Shown: positions 1 through 12,716 of the stretch, one piece after another
Numbering within the stretch: the first letter of the stretch is position 1
How the letters are laid out: the number at the start of each line of letters is the position of its first letter
Origin: Octopus sinensis
Taxonomy: Eukaryota
DNA: 64,000 bases
NCBI RefSeq assembly: GCF_006345805.1
Contig: NC_043001.1
Span: 16,678,001 to 16,742,000, forward strand
Direction: 5' to 3'
The notes under the pieces: model-generated
Told to the model about the DNA's origin: nothing
Databases searched by the model: none
What the model saw: the letters and a program-made list of their open reading frames with translations, nothing else
Made by a program: the position numbers and the translations under genes

Positions 1-540
1 ACGTAGATCCCTTAAATGTTTTGGCAAGGTGTTAAATAGCTGTGGGCCGTTGAATCCAAGGCTATTGCAGTACATGGTTCTCACATTTGATGGGACAGAT
101 GGGACCTGTGGAACACTGTTGTGACGTTCATTTCGAGGTCTGGTATAACTCCGGATTCCAAAGTTTGGTGCCAGCCCTTCCAGTATCTTTCACATATATC
201 ACTGCATATCCCTTCCTTCTTCGTTCTAGGGTGTAAAGTCGTAGCTCTTTCAGTCTCTCCCAGTAGCTCAGCTGCTCCAGTGATGTAATCGTCCTTGTGT
301 GTCATCGCTGAACTGCCTTAAGTTCCGCAATTAATCTGACATTGTAGGGTAGCCACAGTTGAAAGTAGTAGTCCAGGCGCCTGAGGACAAATGTCCTCCG
401 TAGGACCAGCATAGTTTCCTTGTCCCTTGTTCTGAAGGTCCTCAGAATCCATCCGGCCATTCGCCTGTACACTGTCATCATCTTGGTGCTATGCATGTGA
501 AAAGAGGCATCGTAGCTTATATCAATCTCAAGATCACGAA
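1..540 (-). mobile_element. CR1/L2-clade LINE, C-terminal ORF2 (RT/post-RT) fragment, decayed
   Basis: Minus-strand translation with stops and frameshifts gives RDLEIDISYDASF...WILRTFRTRDKETMLVL..FVLRRLDYYFQLWLPY..LKAVQR*HTRTITSLEQLSYWERLKELRLYTLERRR...SLGFNGPQLFNTLPKHLRDL. This matches the CR1/L2 post-RT motifs (LEY.SQ.WSP, LE.VQR, LSY.ERL..L.L.SLE.RR). Confidence 0.85.
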
Positions 541-609
541 CCGTTTATGATTCTGGTCCATATGTGTGCGTGTGTGAGTGTATATACGTGTGTATGCATA
601 TGTGTGTGG

Positions 610-648
<39 letters not shown>

Positions 649-681
649 TGTGTGTGTAAGGATATATATGATATAATACAG

Positions 682-852
682 GGCGGCGAGCTGCCAGAAA
701 CGTTAGCACGCCGGGCCAAATGCGTAGCCGTATTTCGGGGTCGATTAAATAAGTACCAGTTACGCACTGGGATCGATATAATCGACTTAATCCATTTGTC
801 TGTCCATCTTTGTCCCCTCTGTGTTTCGCCCCTTGTGGGTAGTAAAGAAATA
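682..852 (+). mobile_element. SINE family B (tRNA-like head), internally deleted copy
   Basis: Head ggcggcgagctg.cagaaacgttagcacgccggg is joined at gtatttcg|gggtcgatt to the 3' body ending gtgggtagtaaagaaata. Confidence 0.8.
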
Positions 853-870
853 GATATATAATATATATAT

Positions 871-1280
871 AGGAGTGGCTGTGTGGTAAGTAGCTTGCTA
901 ACCAGCCACATGGTTCCGGGTTCAGTCCCACTGCGTGGCATCTTGGGCAAGTGTCTTCTGCTATAGCCCCGGGCCGACCAATGCCTTGTGAGTGGATTTG
1001 GTAGACGGAAACTGAAAGAAGCCTGTCGTATATATGTATAAATATATATGTGTGTGTGTGTGGGGGGGTTGTGTGTCTGTGTTTGTCCCCCTAGCATTGC
1101 TTGACAACCGACGCTGGTGTGTTTACGTCCCCGTCACTTAGCGGTTCGGCAAAAGAGACCGATAGAATAAGTACTGGGCTTAGAAAGAATAAGTCCCGGG
1201 GTCGATTTGCTCGACTAAAGGCGGTGCTCCAGCATGGCCGCAGTGAAATGATTGAAACAAGTAAAAAGAGAGTAAAAGAG
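871..1280 (+). mobile_element. SINE family A (tRNA-like head, internal TA/TG microsatellite, gtaaaagag tail)
   Basis: ggagtggctgtgtggtaag (A-box-like) and ggttcagtccc (B-box-like); near-identical to about 15 other copies in the window. Confidence 0.85.
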
Positions 1281-2166
1281 TAATATATTCTTGTATATAT
1301 TATATATGCTTATATACGCGTATATGTAGTTGTATGTATATACACAGACACCCCCGTACACATTTATGTCTAAATAAAGGTAGTTTTATAACGAAACTTT
1401 AAAATATATGATATACAATAATAAAATATTCAATAAAACTATGGCAAAATCTTTTGTTATATAATGCATTCTATAAATTATCATAAATAATGAAAAACAT
1501 TCAAATCTCAGCAGTAATAAATTTATTTTTCTTCATATCCATTTTTTATTTCATAAAGCTTAACTTGTCTTTTACATATTCAGCTTAATATAAAATTTTC
1601 ACAAGCAGTCTTTGTGAAATTTCTGTATCGAGATTTCTTTCCATGTTTCAATGCAGCTTTTGTATTTATTTTGAAAATCGAAGTTTTATTATCTTCAGTT
1701 GAAACTTGTTCATTTGAATAGCTTTTTTTTCTGAGGTTTTATGCTTGCTTCACTTTGTATATGCATTACGGATACTTCTCAAGAAATACTTCTCAAGAAA
1801 TACATGGTTTTACTTCGTAAGTATTCTTTGTTATTGAAGAATTGTCACAATTTTGATAATACAAGGGAACCATCGTTACCTATTTATTCACATATCTACA
1901 AAACAATAACATAATAAAATCTAGCGGCACTTATAGGGATGATGGCTAAATTTATAGATCTTTGTAACAGTTTCATTATAATGCGATAAGGGACTGCTTT
2001 TTTGGGGGTGGGGGGACACAGTTTTTTTAGGAAGTTACGTATATCAAACATTTATGCATGTATGGTATGTATTCTGCATGCAAGTATAACATGTCTATAT
2101 ATATATATATATATATATCTATATATATATATATATTATATATATATACACATATATATATGTATA

Positions 2167-2211
<45 letters not shown>

Positions 2212-2212
2212 G

Positions 2213-2244
<32 letters not shown>

Positions 2245-2281
2245 CTAGAATAATAGTATATACTGTATGTATGTGTACATA

Positions 2282-3168
2282 CAGGGTGCGATGGGTAAAT
2301 TGTCGGCATTTTATATTTTTAATTTCGCGCATACGCATTGTTTGTTTTTGATTTTGTCAATTACACAGTATAGTAGGGTCAGTTGGGCACCGCCTGTGAG
2401 GAAAATAGCACCATGGCGCAATTCACTCTGTCAAAAATTTGGAAACGACATGCTGTATTGCTTGACATTTGCGCCGGAAGCTCGAATACGAACATTTTAG
2501 AGTGTCTGAGTGTCAATATGAGGACAGTGCAATCTTTAAGACATGCATCGAGAGTGATAAAAAATCAAACATCCCGTCAACATCATAGTATTTGGAGTGA
2601 TCGCTAGTGATGGCGACGTTATGCCTCCAGTCATCTTCCCACGCGGCCTCAGACTCAACACGAACGCCTACATCAAGTGCCTGGAGGAAGTAGTGCTGCC
2701 CTGGGTCAAGAGGGTAGCTGCTGGAAGACTGTGTTTGGTAACAGGACTCTGCACCATGTCACACAAGCAGGAGAACCCAGTCATGGCCGTCAGACAATTT
2801 TTGTGACCATATCACCCCTAACATCTGGTCACCTAACTCTCCAGACTGTAACCCAGACTATTATGTGTGGGGTGCAGTTGAGAGAGAGATCAACAAAACC
2901 TCTTGTAACACCAAAGATGAACTGAAGGCAAGGATTATGGTAGCATTCACCAACTTAAACAAGAAAACAGTGGAGAAGAGTTGCAAGAGATTCCGAAGTG
3001 GTCTGGCGGCCATGATTGAAGCCAATGGCGATTTTGTTGAGTATAAATTTACTCTCTAGCATTTCAAGATAATTTTATGTAATTTTGGTAAATATGTGTT
3101 AAAATGAGATGTCAGTGTTACCTTTCAGTTTTGCATAATTTAGACGACAACGTATTCACTGCACCCAG
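2282..3168 (+). mobile_element. Non-autonomous Tc1/mariner-superfamily element, DD37D (maT)-like, internally deleted
   Basis: Flanked by TA on both sides, with imperfect 24-bp TIRs (17/24 match). The frameshifted C-terminal transposase reads ASDGDVMPPVIF..GLRLNTNAYIKCLEEVVLPWV / W*QDSAPCHTS...WSPNSPDCNP-DYYVWGAVERE...GDFVE. Confidence 0.85.
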
Positions 3169-3613
3169 TATATGTATGTATATATATATATATATATCTA
3201 TATATAAAACTGAAATGCGTTTTTACCGCTTGGTTCGCTTTCAATGCCACTACATCCCGTCCGATTCGCTCCAAAATTTACAGGGACATGTAGAATGAGG
3301 TGACGATGCGCGTGGGCTACCTTACAAATCCCTATCTTAAAAGGTGTGGTTGCTAGGGGCCATCTTCCTACCTCACCCTATTTCCTCCAGTACTCTGTCA
3401 CTCCTCTTCATTTGACAATGCAACTACCGTTATTTAATGTAAAGTCTTCCTCAAATCGCTCTGTCGCTCTTTACTCTCTTCCAAGAACATTTTCACTCAC
3501 TCTTAACTCTTACCTTCCTATACATTTTACTCATGTATCTATCAGCGTTCATGGACAGTAACAAATATTACATCGCCATCCCCATCGCCATCGCATTCTA
3601 TTGTCTACCTGTC

Positions 3614-3659
<46 letters not shown>

Positions 3660-3773
3660 CATATATCTAATATTATATTTTTATTTTTGTTTTTGTTTTT
3701 GGTTTTTTACTGTTTCATTTCCCTATTAGTGGTTTTATCTCTAATTTAATTTCTACAGCGTGCACACACACAC

Positions 3774-3805
<32 letters not shown>

Positions 3806-4054
3806 CTATATGTAGCCCCAGTACACCCGAATGAAATCGGGTTCTCTTCATCAAAATGTGAAAAGGGGTCTACAATTATCATCGCCACAACTTATGTATG
3901 TCTTCCTCACTCACTCACTCTTTTTCCTAATGATAATTATCATCGCCACCACCAACACCACCAACACACAATCTGGGCAATCTTTCTCTTATAACAAATC
4001 ATGTTTACATTGCAACGACGTCTGCCACCTCCGCCGTCTCTATTTATTCTGCAA

Positions 4055-4249
4055 ATGACCAGAACTCGGGAAACTTAGTTTAGTGTTCTATGGTCTATGA
4101 CCAGAACTCGGGAAACTTGGTTGAGTGTTCTATGGTCTATGACCAGAACTCGGGAAACTTGCTTGACTGTTCTATGGTCTATGACCAGAAATCGGGAAAC
4201 TTGGTTGAGTGTTCTATGGTCTATGACCAGAACTTGGGAAACTTGGTTG
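4055..4249. repeat. 42-bp minisatellite, about 4.7 copies
   Basis: Unit atgaccagaactcgggaaacttggttgagtgttctatggtct starts at 4055, 4097, 4139, 4181 and 4223 (partial). Confidence 0.95.
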
Positions 4250-4924
4250 TGTCCTCATCTTATAAAATGTGGCCCCAGTAGACCCAAATTAATCGGGTTA
4301 TATTAACCAAAAGGTGAAAAGGGGTATAAATGGGGCTGGAAGGGGATTAAAATTTAAAGGAGCGGGTGTTTAGCAATTCTCTGTACATCAAGCTAAAAAA
4401 ATTTGCCCCAGCCTTTTAATCGTCAATGTGTTGCCGTCCATGATGAAGAAGTTTTGAATGCTTGCCATCGTGAGTCTACTGTCGTGAGAAAGAATCAAGT
4501 CAAACTTGGTTTTTAGGGATTTTCTTTTTACATCAAGTTCAACTTTTTACGCCAGCCGTTGAACTGTCAATACGTTGCTGTCCGTCGTTAAGAAATGCCA
4601 GCCATGGTGACTCTACTATCCTCAAATTCTATCCCTTCAACTTTGGTTTCCAATATTTTATTATTTTTATTCAGCACGCAGTTCGTCTGTCCCTTTTAAA
4701 TGTTAGTGTTTTGCTGTCTGTCTTGAAGCAGACCTTTCCTTTGTAACTGCCTGATATTTATTAATTGATCTTTCTAAATATTTATTTCTCAACTTACTCA
4801 AGATCTTTTGTTGTTTATAAATGGGGGAGAGATACATAAAGATAGAGAGTAAGAGAAGCGAGGGAGAGTCCGAGAGAAGGAAGAGTAAGAGAGTGGGAAA
4901 GTGAGAGAGAAAGGAGAAAGAAAA

Positions 4925-4932
4925 AGAGGGAG

Positions 4933-4967
<35 letters not shown>

Positions 4968-5265
4968 CCATCATCGTTTAACGTCCGTTTTCCGTGCTAG
5001 CACGGGTTGGACGTTTGACAGGGTCTGGAAGCCAGAGGCTGCCCAGGCTCCAGTCTGATCTGGCAGTGTTTCGACAGGTGGATGCCCTTCCTAACGCCAA
5101 CCACTCTGTGAGCGTAGTGGGTGCTTTTTTTTCGTGCCGCCTGCACAGGTGCCATGGGGGCTGGCAGCGGCCCGATCATTTGGTGCTTTTTACGTGCCAC
5201 CAGCACAGAGCCAGTCAAGGCGGCGCTGCAATCCGCCACGTTCGATGGTGCTTTTAACGTGCTGA
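4925..5265 (-). mobile_element. SINE/LINE 3' end with (ATG)n tail (family E)
   Basis: Minus strand ends ...caacccgtgctagcacggaaaacggacgttaaacgatgatg(atg)n, a simple-repeat tail typical of RTE-mobilised elements. Confidence 0.65.
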
Positions 5266-5328
5266 AAGGAAGCACAGAAAGTAACAACCACACTCTTACC
5301 CGCGCGTAGAGCGGGTCACCTTCAGCTA

Positions 5329-5367
<39 letters not shown>

Positions 5368-5797
5368 CTTTGTGTGTGTGTGCGTGTGGTGTGTGTGTGG
5401 TGCGCGCGCGTGTGTGTGTGTGTAAGACTGAGTAAACTAACGAACGGAAGTAGCTTTAAAAAACATAACAACTGGAGTTATTAAATGATAGGTTGACTTA
5501 TCTACTTAAAGTTTCGAATGAAGAAATACGGAAAAAGAGAATATATAAAAAAACAAAACCAGATAGCTCCTTTGTTACTGGGAAATCTTAAATCCCATTG
5601 CTTAGTTCTGGTCACTTTCTGTGTCGTGATAACTAAGCGACAACAGATCGAAGATAATATATATATATTAATATCTATATATATTATATAGATATATATA
5701 TATATATAGATAAGATTATATATATATACATATATAAGATTACTATATATATATATATATATATATAAGATATATATATATAAGATATACATATATA

Positions 5798-5839
<42 letters not shown>

Positions 5840-5852
5840 ATGTATATTATAT

Positions 5853-5896
<44 letters not shown>

Positions 5897-7129
5897 AACA
5901 ATTCATAAATAAGGGCAAAAGATATATATATATATATTATATATATTATAATAATAATAATAAATATTAGGTAATAAATCCAAAATTACAGGGAAAATCA
6001 GATTTAGGATCAAATCCAATTTTATAGTAAAATTTATATAATATTAATTCGAGACAAAACCACTATTTTGCAAATCAAAACAAGGAAAGACTTAATCAAT
6101 ACATAAAAATTTTAATATATAAAAATTTTAATATAAAGTAAATAAATAAATAAATAAATAATAAATAAATAAATCGCCACAAATTAAACTTTTTTATGTA
6201 TTGATTAAGTCTTTCCTTGTTTGATTGCAAAATAGTGGTTTTGTCTCGAATATTATATATATATTATATATATATTATATATATATATATTATATCGGGA
6301 CTTACTACTACCTGAACTTTCTACATCTCTCTTCAGCTACATACCAGCATTTCAGCCGGATTACTACTGGATAGACATATATGCATTTCCCTGGATTCTT
6401 CCGTTGATGAAAAATCGCACCAATACACCACGACATTTTGGAACTTTTTGGAACTTTCTATTTTTTCTTACTCTGTTTTCTCTTAATCCTTACGTTGTTA
6501 CTTTGCCCCTCTCTCTCCCCTTTTCTTTTTCTTTTCATCGTCTCTTCTTCTTTTCTCCTTTTCTCTCCGTTTCTTCTTTGTTCTTCTTTCTCTTCTTATT
6601 TTTCTTTTACCCTGCATTTTGAATTTTCTTCTCCTCATGCCTTTTGAATTTTTTGAACTTTTATACTCCGTAAGTCATTACTTTGCCTTTCTCTCACCTT
6701 TTTCTCTCCTTTTTCAAGCATACTCAATTACAAATATTTCCTCCTCTACCTTCACCACCGCCTAAAGAAACACCTTTCCACATTTCCTTTTCGCTACTTT
6801 CAACCTTCTATTAATCTTCCATTTCTACTCCACTTTCCACTCTGCTTCTGCCATCCTACCCGTACTCCGTACTACTTTCTACCGCCTTATGCGTGCAACT
6901 TTTCGTTCCAATCTCTCCAAAACACACACCCTCGACCGCCTTCTCCCACTCGCTTATTCCATCTTTTTCTCCTCTCTTTCACCTTCCTATGCACATTCTA
7001 CTCACCACTTATGTTAACTCACTCTCGCTATCTTTTACTCTCCCTCCCCCTCTCTGTAGATGTAAAGCGTGACTGGAGAAATCAACGGAGCAACGAACGA
7101 ATTAACGAACCAAGTAAGCGGCCAATCAA

Positions 7130-7915
7130 CCTGCCAGTCACCCAACAAACCAACCAACAAATCAACCAATCAATCAACCAACCAAACAATCAATCAATCA
7201 GCCAACCAAACAATCGCCCAACCAATCAATCAATCAAACAACCAACCAATCAACCAACCAAACAATCGGCCAACCAACCAATCAATCAATCAAACAACCA
7301 ACCAATCAACCAACCAAACAATCAATAAACCAATGAACCAACTAACCAACCAATCAACCAACCAATCTACCAATCAACCAAAGACCCAATCAACTAATCA
7401 ACCAATGAACCAACCAATCAATTAGAAAATCGACCAACCAATTAACTAATCAGTCAATCAAACAACCAACCAATCAATCAACCAAAGAATCAATTAACCA
7501 ACCAGCCAACAAGTCAACCAACCAATCAACTAGCCAGCCAGCCAACCAACCAACTAACCAACCATTCAACCAACCAATCAATCAAGCAGCCAGCCAACCA
7601 ACTAACCAATCAACCAACCAACAACCAAAGCAACCAACTAACAAACTAGTCAACCAACCAAACAATCAACCAATAAAACAACCAATGAAACAACCAACCA
7701 ATCAACCAACAAACTAACCTACCAACCAACTAATCAACAAACAAAGCAACCAACCATCAGCCATCAATCAACCAACCAATGGACCAACCTTTGAACAAAC
7801 CAACCAATCAACTAACCAACCAATCAACCAGCCAACCAACCAGCCAATCCATCAGCCAACCATCCAAGCAACCAATCAACCAATCAACCAACCAACCAAC
7901 CAACCAACCAATCAA
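7130..7915. repeat. Degenerate compound (AACC/AATC/AAAC)n microsatellite, about 790 bp
   Basis: Almost entirely A/C tetramers; the NQPTNQ ORFs are artefacts of it. Confidence 0.95.
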
Positions 7916-9199
7916 TTACATCGGCTATTGTAATATAACGATTACAAACTTCGGTTTGGCAAAAAATGGATTTAATCCTGAGCAAAATACGAAATAGAAG
8001 CGGAAAAAGAAATTTAGAGAATTTAGAGAATTCTTCAGGACGAACGTCTTCCAGCTTTAACCACTTTAATCTCTCGTTCATCTGATTAAATTTCTTTTAA
8101 TCCCAACTACCCATAAACTACAATTTTTACCCCTCGAAATCCTTTTGTCTACAAATGTAAACGCTGCAAGGTTTGTACTGAAAAAGTCCATTCGCATACA
8201 GAAGGTAATGAATAAATTGTTGAATTGCAACTCTTGGTTTTATAATATTGAAGGAAAATGTACGCACATGAAGAATTAGCCCATTGCCTGTCCAAAGCAA
8301 TTTAAGTTTGTCCTAAACGTCCACGCCCGTTTTCAGGCTTGCAGATAACCCGTGATTCATATGTTCTGAAGAATATGATGATTTCCTTTCATAAACCCCA
8401 AGTTATTCAAGTGGTTGGATAGAAATTGGGAACGTGTATCATATATATGATGCATGGACCCCAGGGAAATATGTCCTGTGTATCGCAAGTGATAGGCATG
8501 ACAGGTTAAGATTTAAGAATTTGAAGCAAAACGTTACTCATTCTCTTATCACTCCTCATTCTGTGTTTGTTCTCCTTCTGTAACTAATCCTTTCTAATTT
8601 TGACACAAGGACAGCAATTTTGAGGGAAAAGGACAAGTCGATTACATTGATCACTTCCTGCCCTTGATTGCCGCATTATTTTATCGACTCTGAAACAATG
8701 AAAGCAAAGTTGACCTCGGTGGTATTTGAGCTCAGAATATAAAGAGGCAGAAAAATACCGCTAATCAATTTGTCCGACACGCTAAGTATTCTTCCAGCCT
8801 TAGATTAAAATTTAGACAGAAGGCCAGCAATTTTACGATGTGGGATAGAAATGAATACAACCCCGTTTTAGCTGAACTATGTTTGGCCAAATGTCAAACC
8901 AACTTGCTGTCAATAATGCTGGCCTTAATAATCATCAGTATTCTTCCGTACCAAATACTCTGAGATGATCTAGAATATCCAAGAATGGGAAATACATACC
9001 ATATATTACCTTTTTTGTTCCTTTGCTGGCTTCATCTTCGAATTATTTATCTTCTGAATGGTTATTATGTCGAGATTCAGTAGGTCAGCTAATGGCCATC
9101 ATCCCGTGCACCAAGGCATGAGATTGCTAAAGTCGTCCTGTTGTGTTAGATGTGCTTCATCTATGAGACACACTCATAGATATATACATATATACATAT

Positions 9200-9362
9200 A
9201 CCACGGGCTTCTTTCAGTTTCCGTCCATCAAATCCACTCACAAGCCTTTGGTCAGCCCGAGGCTATAACAGAAGACATCTGCCCAAAGTGCCACGCAGTG
9301 GGACTGAACGCGGAGCCACGTGGTTGGAAAAAAAGCTTCTTACCACACAGTCACGCCTGCGT
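9200..9362 (-). mobile_element. SINE family A, 5' half
   Basis: Reverse complement of the family A head, through to gaaagaagcccgt. Confidence 0.75.
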
Positions 9363-9494
9363 CTAAAATTATATGTCCTCAGTGATAATTTTATCCTTGA
9401 TTTCCTTGTTTTCCTTGTTAGTCTGGACAGACATGCCCCAAATGGGTTCTTACCAAAAACTGTGTTTAATACATGTTATAAAAAAAATAATAAA

Positions 9495-9741
9495 TGCGCC
9501 CTTTTAAAGCCTAGCCAGGTTCATGGGCCCGGTTTGCCGGTTTCAGGGGCGTACGTGTTCCCCAGCTGGACGGGACGCCAGTCCATCGCAGCGTTACTCA
9601 CTTTTGACAGCTGAGTGGACTGGAGCAACGCGAAATGAAATGTTTTGCTCAAGAACACAACACGTCACCCGGTCCAGGAATCGAAACCACAATCTTACGA
9701 TCATGATGCTGACACCCTAACCACTAAGCCACGCGCCTCCA
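9495..9741 (-). mobile_element. SINE family D (tRNA head plus V-domain-like core)
   Basis: Minus strand: ggaggcgcgtggcttagtggttagg...ggtttcgattcc...gcgatggactggcgtcccgtccag...cctggctaggctttaaaagggcgc. A sister copy lies at 43150-43400. Confidence 0.8.
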
Positions 9742-10148
9742 CTAATACATGTAATACCTCAATATTATTCGTTATCCTGTCAAAGTATCGGCTTATTACG
9801 CAGCGCCTATCGTTGTCAACTCGAACAGGTTTGGAGATATACGCGAATTTTACATTGACTGGGTGGCCATAAACGATATAACCAGTTGTGTTTCATGCGA
9901 AGAGTGCACTTGATGTAAATCAAATGTGCACTTAATGTTAATTACGTAGCGAGACCATTGATTCTATGCAACAGAAATCAAGCCTGTCGTTTCTGTTTAA
10001 GTGCGGGTGCTTTGAGTCATTGTTTTGGCTTACTTCCGTTCTGTCGAGGCTTGCAGGAGTGGTTTTTTCTATTTTTTAAATGCATATATACCTACATACA
10101 ACCATGTGTATGTGTGTTGTTGTTGTTGTTGTTGTTAAGCAACTAGAC

Positions 10149-10531
10149 ATGGAGGCGCAATGGCCCAGTGGTTAGGGCAGCGGACTCGCGGTCGTAGGAT
10201 CGCGGTTTCGATTCCCAGACCGGGCGTTGTGAATGTTTATTGAGCAAAAACACCTAAAAGCTCCACGAGGCTCCGGCAGGGGACGGTGGTGATCCCTGCT
10301 GTACTCGTTCACCACAACTTTCTCTCACTCTTACTTCCTGTTTCTGTTGTACCTGTATTTCAAAGGGCCGGCCTTGTCACTCTCTGTGTCACGCTGAATA
10401 TCCCCGAGAACTACGTTAAGGGTACACGTGTCTGTGGAGTGCTCAGCCACTTACACGTTAATTTCACGAGCAGGCTGTTCCGTTGATCGGATCAACCGGA
10501 ACCCTCGTCGTCATAACCGACGGAGTGCTTT
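10149..10531 (+). mobile_element. SINE family C (tRNA-derived head)
   Basis: tggcccagtggttagg (A box) and ggtttcgattccc (B box); very similar to the copies at 12717-13104 and 21140-21500. Confidence 0.85.
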
Positions 10532-11116
10532 CCAAGCAACTAGACGGGTAAGGGTGATTAGGTGATGGTCTGGGGGCTTAGGGGGCGAGACCTTGGAAAT
10601 AAAAAAAAATTTGGTCGTCTTGTTGTAGTCAAGGGCTCTTCGTTGACGCCGGACACCACTGGGAGGTGACTCACGAATTCTTGGACGGCTGTATGTGTGT
10701 GTGTGTGTGTGCGTGTGTGTTTGTATAAACACATACATATTCGTATGTCCTTGTGTTTGTGGTTGTCCTCCACCGCCTCTTGACAACCGTTGTTGACATG
10801 TTTACGCTCTCGCAACTTAGCGGCTCGGCAAAAGAATACCGACAGAATAAATACCAGGGTTAAAAACAGTAAGTACTGGGGTGAATTTGTCTGAGAAAAC
10901 CGCTCAAGGCGGTGCCCCAGCATGGCTACAGTCCTATGACTGAAAGATAAAAGTGAATGATAAAAGCTGAAGATACGTAAAGTATCACATTCTTATTGCA
11001 ATGGTCCCAGCATCATTTATTTAACTGCACTGTATTAACTGAAGAAATGAAAGGACGTGAGGAATAGATAGGCGGATGGATGGATACATACATACATACA
11101 TACATACATACATACA

Positions 11117-11149
<33 letters not shown>

Positions 11150-11334
11150 GCGTAGGAGTGGCTGTGTGGTAAGTAGCTCGATCACGAACCACATGGTTCC
11201 GGGTTCAGTCCCACTGCGTGGCACCGTGGGCAAGTGTCTTCTACTATAGTCTCAGGCTGACCAAAGCCTTGTAAGTGCATTTGGTAGACGGAAACTGAAA
11301 GAAGCCCGTCGTATATATGTATAGTTATGTATGT

Positions 11335-11387
<53 letters not shown>

Positions 11388-11640
11388 TATATATTGTGTG
11401 GTGGTGTGGTGTGTGTGTGGTCTGTATATGTTTGTGTGTCTGTGTTGTCTCCCAACATCGCTTGACAACCGATGGTGGGAGTGTTTACGTCCCCGTAACT
11501 TGGCGGTTCGGTAAAAGAGACCGATGGAATAAGTACTAGGCTTACAAAGAATAAGTCCTGGGGTCGATTTGCTCGACTAAAGGCGGTGCATGTGTATGGC
11601 CGCAGTCAAATGATTGAAACAAGTAAAAGAGTAAAAGAGT
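11150..11640 (+). mobile_element. SINE family A, full length
   Basis: Complete head, internal microsatellite and gtaaaagagtaaaagag tail. Confidence 0.85.
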
Positions 11641-11697
11641 ACTGTTTGTTTTGTACACCACCTGTCTTCGTCTTTTGCTTTTTTCGTAAACTCTCCC

Positions 11698-11750
<53 letters not shown>

Positions 11751-11861
11751 TATATATACCGGAGTAGCAAATAAATGTGAAACAAGGTGGCAAAAACAGT
11801 ACTCAAATACCAGAGGTAGAGTAATATGCTTTATTTAAAAGCAGTAGAAATATAACAAAAG

Positions 11862-11899
11862 CTGTTACTCAGAGTTCCACGTTCTCGTTCGTCGGACAG
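11862..11899 (-). ncRNA. Degenerate minimal type I hammerhead-like motif
   Basis: Minus strand: CUGU-CCGACGA-ACG/AGAA/CGU-G-GAA-C-UCUGA-GU-A-ACAG. Stem I CUGU/ACAG pairs; the core has U4C and lacks one A of GAAA. Confidence 0.45.
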
Positions 11900-11930
11900 T
11901 TTTGTTAACAAAACTGTCCGACGAACGGAG

Positions 11931-12044
<114 letters not shown>

Positions 12045-12084
12045 TATTACTCTTTTAATATTTTACTTGTTTCAATCATTCAGT

Positions 12085-12117
<33 letters not shown>

Positions 12118-12618
12118 TATATAGTGAGAGAGAGAGAGAGGGGGGGGAGAGATACTAAGAGAGAAAGAGAGAGAGTGAAGAGGAGGGAAAGTGAGTGGGT
12201 TAGTGATTTGATTTGGTGAGGAAGAAGATAGAGTTACTTAAGTAATGGTGTCCTAAATATGAGAATCGTTGACATTTCCAGTGCGACTCACACAACGAAT
12301 TCTTTGTCTTAACGGTTGGAATGAAGAGAAGAATTATAATCTGAGATGAAAAGAAAGAATATTCATTGGGTGTTCAACTGTATATATATCATTTGAGCGG
12401 AGTTATTGAACCATGGCCATGTGTAGAGAGAGCAAGAGACGAGAGGCAGTACAGTTGGCAATTAAACGACTAAAGACGTATCTTAAGAAAAATTAGAGGA
12501 AATACATAGGTCAGGAAGATCAATATAGCATATATAATATATCTGTCATTACCCCTCCTTCTCCTTCTCCTTCTCTCCCTCTCTCTTTTTCTTTCCTCTC
12601 TGTCTGTCTGTCTGTCTA

Positions 12619-12658
<40 letters not shown>

Positions 12659-12716
12659 TTTATCTATCTATTTATCTATCGATCTATCTAACTAGCTAGG
12701 TATTACTATACATACT

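Noticed and set aside
871-945. tRNA genes at SINE heads (also 10149, 12717, 43150 and others)
   Set aside because: A/B-box-like motifs are present, but there is no complete cloverleaf and each continues into a SINE body.
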